A stretch of 64,000 nucleotides of DNA from a virus. Under the pieces are notes generated by a model. The model ran no database searches. It was not told where the DNA came from and saw only the letters and a program-made list of their open reading frames with translations. The DNA lies in the IMG/VR virus record IMGVR_UViG_3300044799_000154, positions 57,518 to 121,517 of that record; one strand, 5' to 3'. This document shows positions 59,859 to 64,000 of this stretch, in pieces (the stretch's first letter is position 1; the number at the start of each line of letters is the position of its first letter). The position numbers and the translations under genes are program-made.

Positions 59859-60054
59859 AATGTTTCTCCCCTGCTATAATGTGTCTCCTGAATGAAGAGT
59901 AGGAAAGATTGTATGCTTCATTCTTTGTTTCTTGGTATTTCTGTCTAGCCATTCTCTGAAGTTGTCTCAAAGATCTTGACTCTTTGAACAATTCATCGTG
60001 GAATGCTGGATCTAAGTCTTTCAATTGACAAACTTTACATCTAGGTTCCATCAA
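59851..60054 (-). CDS. Small Zn-binding HTH protein (terminase small subunit-like)
   Basis: CKVC...SLRQL...SYSSFRRH. Confidence 0.55.
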   Translation of the reverse strand: MMEPRCKVCQLKDLDPAFHDELFKESRSLRQLQRMARQKYQETKNEAYNLSYSSFRRHIIAGEKHYD

Positions 60055-60185
60055 GATTCCTCCTTAGGTATCTTGTCATCTAGATCCATTTTAATTAATT
60101 CCCTGAGTCTAGCAGAAGCTGATTTATGTTTCTTGATAAATTCTGCCCACATTTCTTCATCTACTACAAAGGATCTAGTTTTCAT
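60051..60185 (-). CDS. Ribbon-helix-helix transcriptional regulator (44 aa, not in ORF track)
   Basis: MKTRSFVVDEEMWAEF...SASARLRELIK: alternating strand followed by two helices; GAGG RBS. Confidence 0.7.
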   Translation of the reverse strand: MKTRSFVVDEEMWAEFIKKHKSASARLRELIKMDLDDKIPKEES

Positions 60186-60440
60186 ATTTCTTCCTCTCTT
60201 TATGATAGTTATTTAACCTATCTAACATACATAAGGTATTTAACATATATAAGCTTATCGGTATGATTCTACCGAGAGGGAAAATATCTAAATAAGTATT
60301 AAAGTGTTTCATTGTTTCAGGTTCGGCAATATAACCATAGGGACCCAAGTTTCGGATCGCCCTTTCCCTACCTACGGGTGTACCTGGATATTCTTCCCTG
60401 GATATAGGAAAGTATAAGAAAGAGGAGACACTAAAGATAG

Positions 60441-62057
60441 ATGAGGAATAAGATGCCAAGAGTACCTCAAGTGGAAATAGCAGAAGCTCAATGGACTAGA
60501 TGGACCCACCTGAACTTCTTTTTTGAAGATCTTACTAGAACTAACGTCTTTCCAAAGCAGAAACAATTCTTTGACTTTGTAGAAGACATTGATAATGAAG
60601 ATCATATCTGTTTGTGTGCTGGAAGAGGTTGTGGTAAAACATGGTCTCTTGCAGTTGTAGCCTTATGGTGTGCTTTCGTCCTAGCTCATGTTCAAAATGA
60701 ACCAATAGCAGTAGCTGTATTAGCGGGCTCAAAAGATGAATCTCAAAGATTATTTACTTACATACGGAGGATTCTAAAAGGTCACAAGGAACTTGATCAG
60801 TATATATCTGAGAACTTAAAAGGTGGTCTAAGATTCACCAAAGATTATATTGAGTTTAAAGATGGATCAACAATAGAAGCTCTTGCTTGTTCTATGACTG
60901 GAGTATGTGGTCCTCGTGCCAATCTTCTGATTATAGATGAAGCTGGTCTAGAAGAGTTCAAGGAAGATGTGAAAAATGAATCCTTTGAAATTATCACTGG
61001 TCAGAAATGGGGAAGAATTATTATGGCTTCAACTCCATATTACTATAGATCTCCTTTCGTCAATATCTATCTAGCTAACCAAGGTTGGAGAAAAGTCAAT
61101 TGGTCTCAAGAAGATTGTCCATGGATCAAGAAAACTGAGATAGAAAGAAAGAAAAAAGATTATACTGAAGTTGAGTTCAAAATTAGAATTCAAGGAATAC
61201 CAACTCCTCAAGAAGGAAAGATGTTTGAACCAGCAAAACTTAGAACTGTACTTAAAGATCCAACTGAGATACATTATTCAGATTATTCAAGAATCATTGC
61301 TGGTCTAGATTTTGGACAAAATATTTCACAGACTGCTCTTGTCATTATAGATATAAATCCAGTGGATAAGAAGGTCCGTGTTGTAAACTCCTGGTTATTT
61401 TCCACTCCAGACCATTCAGAAATTATTCCATCAATAGTTCAACTATTGACTCAGAATCAGGTTACAAAACTAGTTATGGATATTCAGCCTCCTAGTGCTT
61501 GTGCAATGATGAAGAAAGCTTTACTTCATATTAATGTTGAAGTTAGAGAACAGTCTTTTACTCATGGACGAGGAGATGCAATGTATCATAATCTGAAGAG
61601 ATTAATAGAGAAAGACTTGATTGAAATTCCACATGTCTATACTGGTCAGATGAATACATTAGCTGAACAACTTAGAGAAATGCAGTGGGAGAAAGATCCC
61701 AAAGTAAGAACTGACTTGGTAGATGCACTAGCTCTTGCTTGCTCTGAAGAAGGTGGATATGAAGTCTTTCGTGAAGAAGAGACTAAAAATACAATGAAAG
61801 ATCAGATGAAAGCCTGGACAGATGCAATGAAAACTTCTAAAGATATCAAGGTTGTCCCAGATGAATATACTCAGCCAGAAGTAGAGGAAGAACCATTTGA
61901 TTATCCAAAGGAATTACAAGGAAATCCAGAGGATAAGATTTTCTGGGAAGATCCTAACTTTGGAGATATGAGAATAATGTCTAAGGCTGAAGCACGAGCA
62001 ATCTATAAGAAAGGGACAAAACATAAGCTTGCTGGTCCAAGAGGTGAACGCATGTGA
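60441..62057 (+). CDS. terL: Terminase large subunit
   Basis: Walker A AGRGCGKT, Walker B LIIDEA, coupling motif ASTP, nuclease AGLDFG and DLVDALALA. Confidence 0.93.
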   Translation: MRNKMPRVPQVEIAEAQWTRWTHLNFFFEDLTRTNVFPKQKQFFDFVEDIDNEDHICLCAGRGCGKTWSLAVVALWCAFVLAHVQNEPIAVAVLAGSKDESQRLFTYIRRILKGHKELDQYISENLKGGLRFTKDYIEFKDGSTIEALACSMTGVCGPRANLLIIDEAGLEEFKEDVKNESFEIITGQKWGRIIMASTPYYYRSPFVNIYLANQGWRKVNWSQEDCPWIKKTEIERKKKDYTEVEFKIRIQGIPTPQEGKMFEPAKLRTVLKDPTEIHYSDYSRIIAGLDFGQNISQTALVIIDINPVDKKVRVVNSWLFSTPDHSEIIPSIVQLLTQNQVTKLVMDIQPPSACAMMKKALLHINVEVREQSFTHGRGDAMYHNLKRLIEKDLIEIPHVYTGQMNTLAEQLREMQWEKDPKVRTDLVDALALACSEEGGYEVFREEETKNTMKDQMKAWTDAMKTSKDIKVVPDEYTQPEVEEEPFDYPKELQGNPEDKIFWEDPNFGDMRIMSKAEARAIYKKGTKHKLAGPRGERM

Positions 62058-62419
62058 CAGGTTGTAGTTTGTGTAAACTGAAGAATGAAAACATGAGAGC
62101 TCAAGTGGAACTTATTGAAATGATGCTCAGAGACAAAGGTCACACAGATTGGAATCTATCTAAACCATTATCCTATAATCAAATATGTTATATAGCTTAT
62201 ATAGCTCTTGGAATAGAAATTGAAAGACATGCTCTTCAAAGACATTTCGTAATTTGTATGGGACAAAGTCATTTGAAAGCACCAATACATTATAATCCTC
62301 ATTCGAAGCTTTGGTTGAATAGAAAAGGAGAAATCATTCCTAAGGAACAGGTTGGAAAGTTCAAGAGAACTAGATCTCATGGCACTCTAAATCAAGATCC
62401 TCCAACATCTACAGAATAA
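62054..62419 (+). CDS. Zn-binding HTH protein, probable paralog of 59851..60054
   Basis: CSLC...SYNQI...ALQRHFVIC; GAGGTG RBS. Confidence 0.55.
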   Translation: MTGCSLCKLKNENMRAQVELIEMMLRDKGHTDWNLSKPLSYNQICYIAYIALGIEIERHALQRHFVICMGQSHLKAPIHYNPHSKLWLNRKGEIIPKEQVGKFKRTRSHGTLNQDPPTSTE

Positions 62420-64000
62420 CTCTCCGATGAATATCATACAGGCTAGATACGAAACAGAGTGTACAACTGGTAGAGAACCAAGAATCATATCATCAAGTTG
62501 AATTCAGAATTTTTCTGAATCCCTCCCTTGTGTCTATGTGTTGTACGAGCCTACAATGTTCTTTCTAGAACGTCTATGCTTCTAAGTTCTTTTGACTAGG
62601 CTTGGCTCAGGAAGACTCTGTTTTAAAAAAGAAGCTCATTCTGAAGCCTTCTGTCAGGACGCTGTCTATAGCGTTGTGCTTTTCATGTTCTAAGCTCAAA
62701 GCTTGACTCTTTTCCCTATTCATCCTATTCTAAGTTCCCAATAGTCATAAGAGCATTAAAAGAACTATATATTTGTTCCCTTTATGTAGGAATAGGTTCA
62801 ACTCTTTTATCACTAGGTTTAGGCAATGGAAAAGGCTAAAAATGACTAAGTTTCTAAGGACTTAGAAAAATCGAATAATCGAAACAATGGGCAACTTAGA
62901 GTTTAATTCTCTATTGTCCAAAACCATGATTATATAAGCAATGTGTATAAGTGTTGTGCAGTTAATTTTTCCATGCTAACTGTATTTATGTTAAACATAA
63001 CTACATTGTATTATTGTTGAACATATCAGATTTTTCTATGTTCATATTGACTGTATTTGTGTCATACAGTTTCTTAGAACTTAGAAATATTGTGTATTTG
63101 TGAACAACAACATTTTAAAATTCTAGTGCTTAAACTATTTAAATTCATTCTGACATTATGAAGAAAAACACTAAATACTATTTAAGAACATTGTTCTATG
63201 TGTAGGTGAAAGCAGTATTTAAGAACATTAGAGGATGTGTATATTGACTTGATTTGAGGTTATTGAGTATGCTTGACATCCAAATAATTGTCCTTTAGCT
63301 GAAAGCACCTCAGGATAGGCTTGGATTAACTGTATATTGAAAAGTCAATTTTGAGAAAATAGAGGTTTAGAGATATTGTTTTAAATTCCCTAAGTTTCTC
63401 CATTGCTAGAATGAACAGAAAAAGCTCTTGTGTATTGTTGTTATACACAAATACATAGAAGACATGGAGAGCCTAAACTCTATCGCCTTAGATTGGGCTC
63501 AGTTTGGTTGCTTTATGGAGTTAGGAGTATCCATTCATGGAAAGAACCCTGAAATGAGGTTCTTTTTCACCAATTTTCACTTTTTACCATAAAGCCATTA
63601 AAGTGTATATTGGCAAAAAACTTTACGAATGTAAACCCTTTTTAAAAAACTCAAAGCTCTGGACTTTGTTTGTCAGGTTGATGTTGATAAAATGACTCTA
63701 TTGCCAGCAAAGTTCTTAAATCTTAAGCAATTTGGAAAAGAGTCTGAAATTGGAGAACTCTGGGCAAATAAGACTGTTTGCACTTAGTAACCATAAAGAC
63801 CATTAAATTAATGAATTCCTTATATATCAACCCTAAACAATAGTTTATATAATCATGCAACTAATCTTTAAGAACTGGGGTTCATTCTGGGAAAGGAGTC
63901 AGATTCTTGTTGCTTTTTAATTGAAAAACATACAATAGGCTAAAACCAACATTGGATAATTGCAAGTTTAATTCTGAGTTTACGAAGTGTATATTTAGAG
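62420..64000. other. Long AT-rich non-coding region with palindromes and short repeats
   Basis: No ORF in the supplied track over 1.6 kb, in an otherwise densely coding genome. Confidence 0.7.

Larger units (their letters stand above)
1..64000. mobile_element. Archaeal tailed virus (Caudoviricetes, siphovirus-like) genome or large fragment
   Basis: Terminase, portal, prohead protease, HK97-type capsid, neck, tail tube, chaperone and tape measure genes are all present, plus PolB/RadA/XPF. No host housekeeping genes or integrase in the window. Confidence 0.93.

Noticed and set aside
60310-60410. GC-rich patch considered as a tRNA, riboswitch or HDV-like ribozyme
   Set aside because: Could not fit a cloverleaf, c-di-GMP or HDV consensus; only a modest hairpin is supportable
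60175-60605. Minus-strand ORFs 60175..60459 and 60372..60605
   Set aside because: They overlap the promoter region and the terL start and have no motifs; the 44-aa RHH ORF explains the locus better
63170-63235. Possible mini-CRISPR array (TATTTAAGAACATT twice)
   Set aside because: Only two 14-nt copies; too short and too few for CRISPR repeats

Overview
Almost the whole 64 kb window is the genome, or a large part of the genome, of a tailed dsDNA virus of archaea (HK97-fold capsid, siphovirus-like, no sheath gene seen). An archaeal host is supported by RadA-like, XPF and PolB genes, a membrane-anchored LonB protease, a DUF2153-like gene, BRE/TATA-like promoters and GGTG/GGAG ribosome-binding sites. 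A TACK host such as Bathyarchaeia is only an inference. Layout: (1) + strand replication/recombination genes, 0.15-5.9 kb. (2) A + strand glycan-biosynthesis island of about 17 kb with 11 glycosyltransferase-type genes plus a dehydratase, aminotransferase, GNAT, ATP-grasp and HAD enzyme, 5.9-22.8 kb. (3) A - strand morphogenesis operon, 23.4-60.2 kb, from portal to tail appendages. (4) A divergently transcribed terminase large subunit, followed by 1.6 kb without ORFs. The most striking element lies between the portal and prohead protease genes: a LonB protease, a DUF2153-like protein, an ASCH + nucleotidyltransferase + ATP-dependent ligase fusion and a protein with three LigD-type phosphoesterase domains. 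This looks like a Ku-less nucleic-acid end-repair kit that may be packaged in the head. Other highlights: three tail-tube paralogs, a shared C-terminal tag on two appendage proteins, a lectin-like domain shared between the glycan island and a tail protein, a -1 frameshift in the tail chaperone, nested starts in the protease gene, and strong CpG avoidance. All assignments come from reading motifs by eye; no database searches were run.
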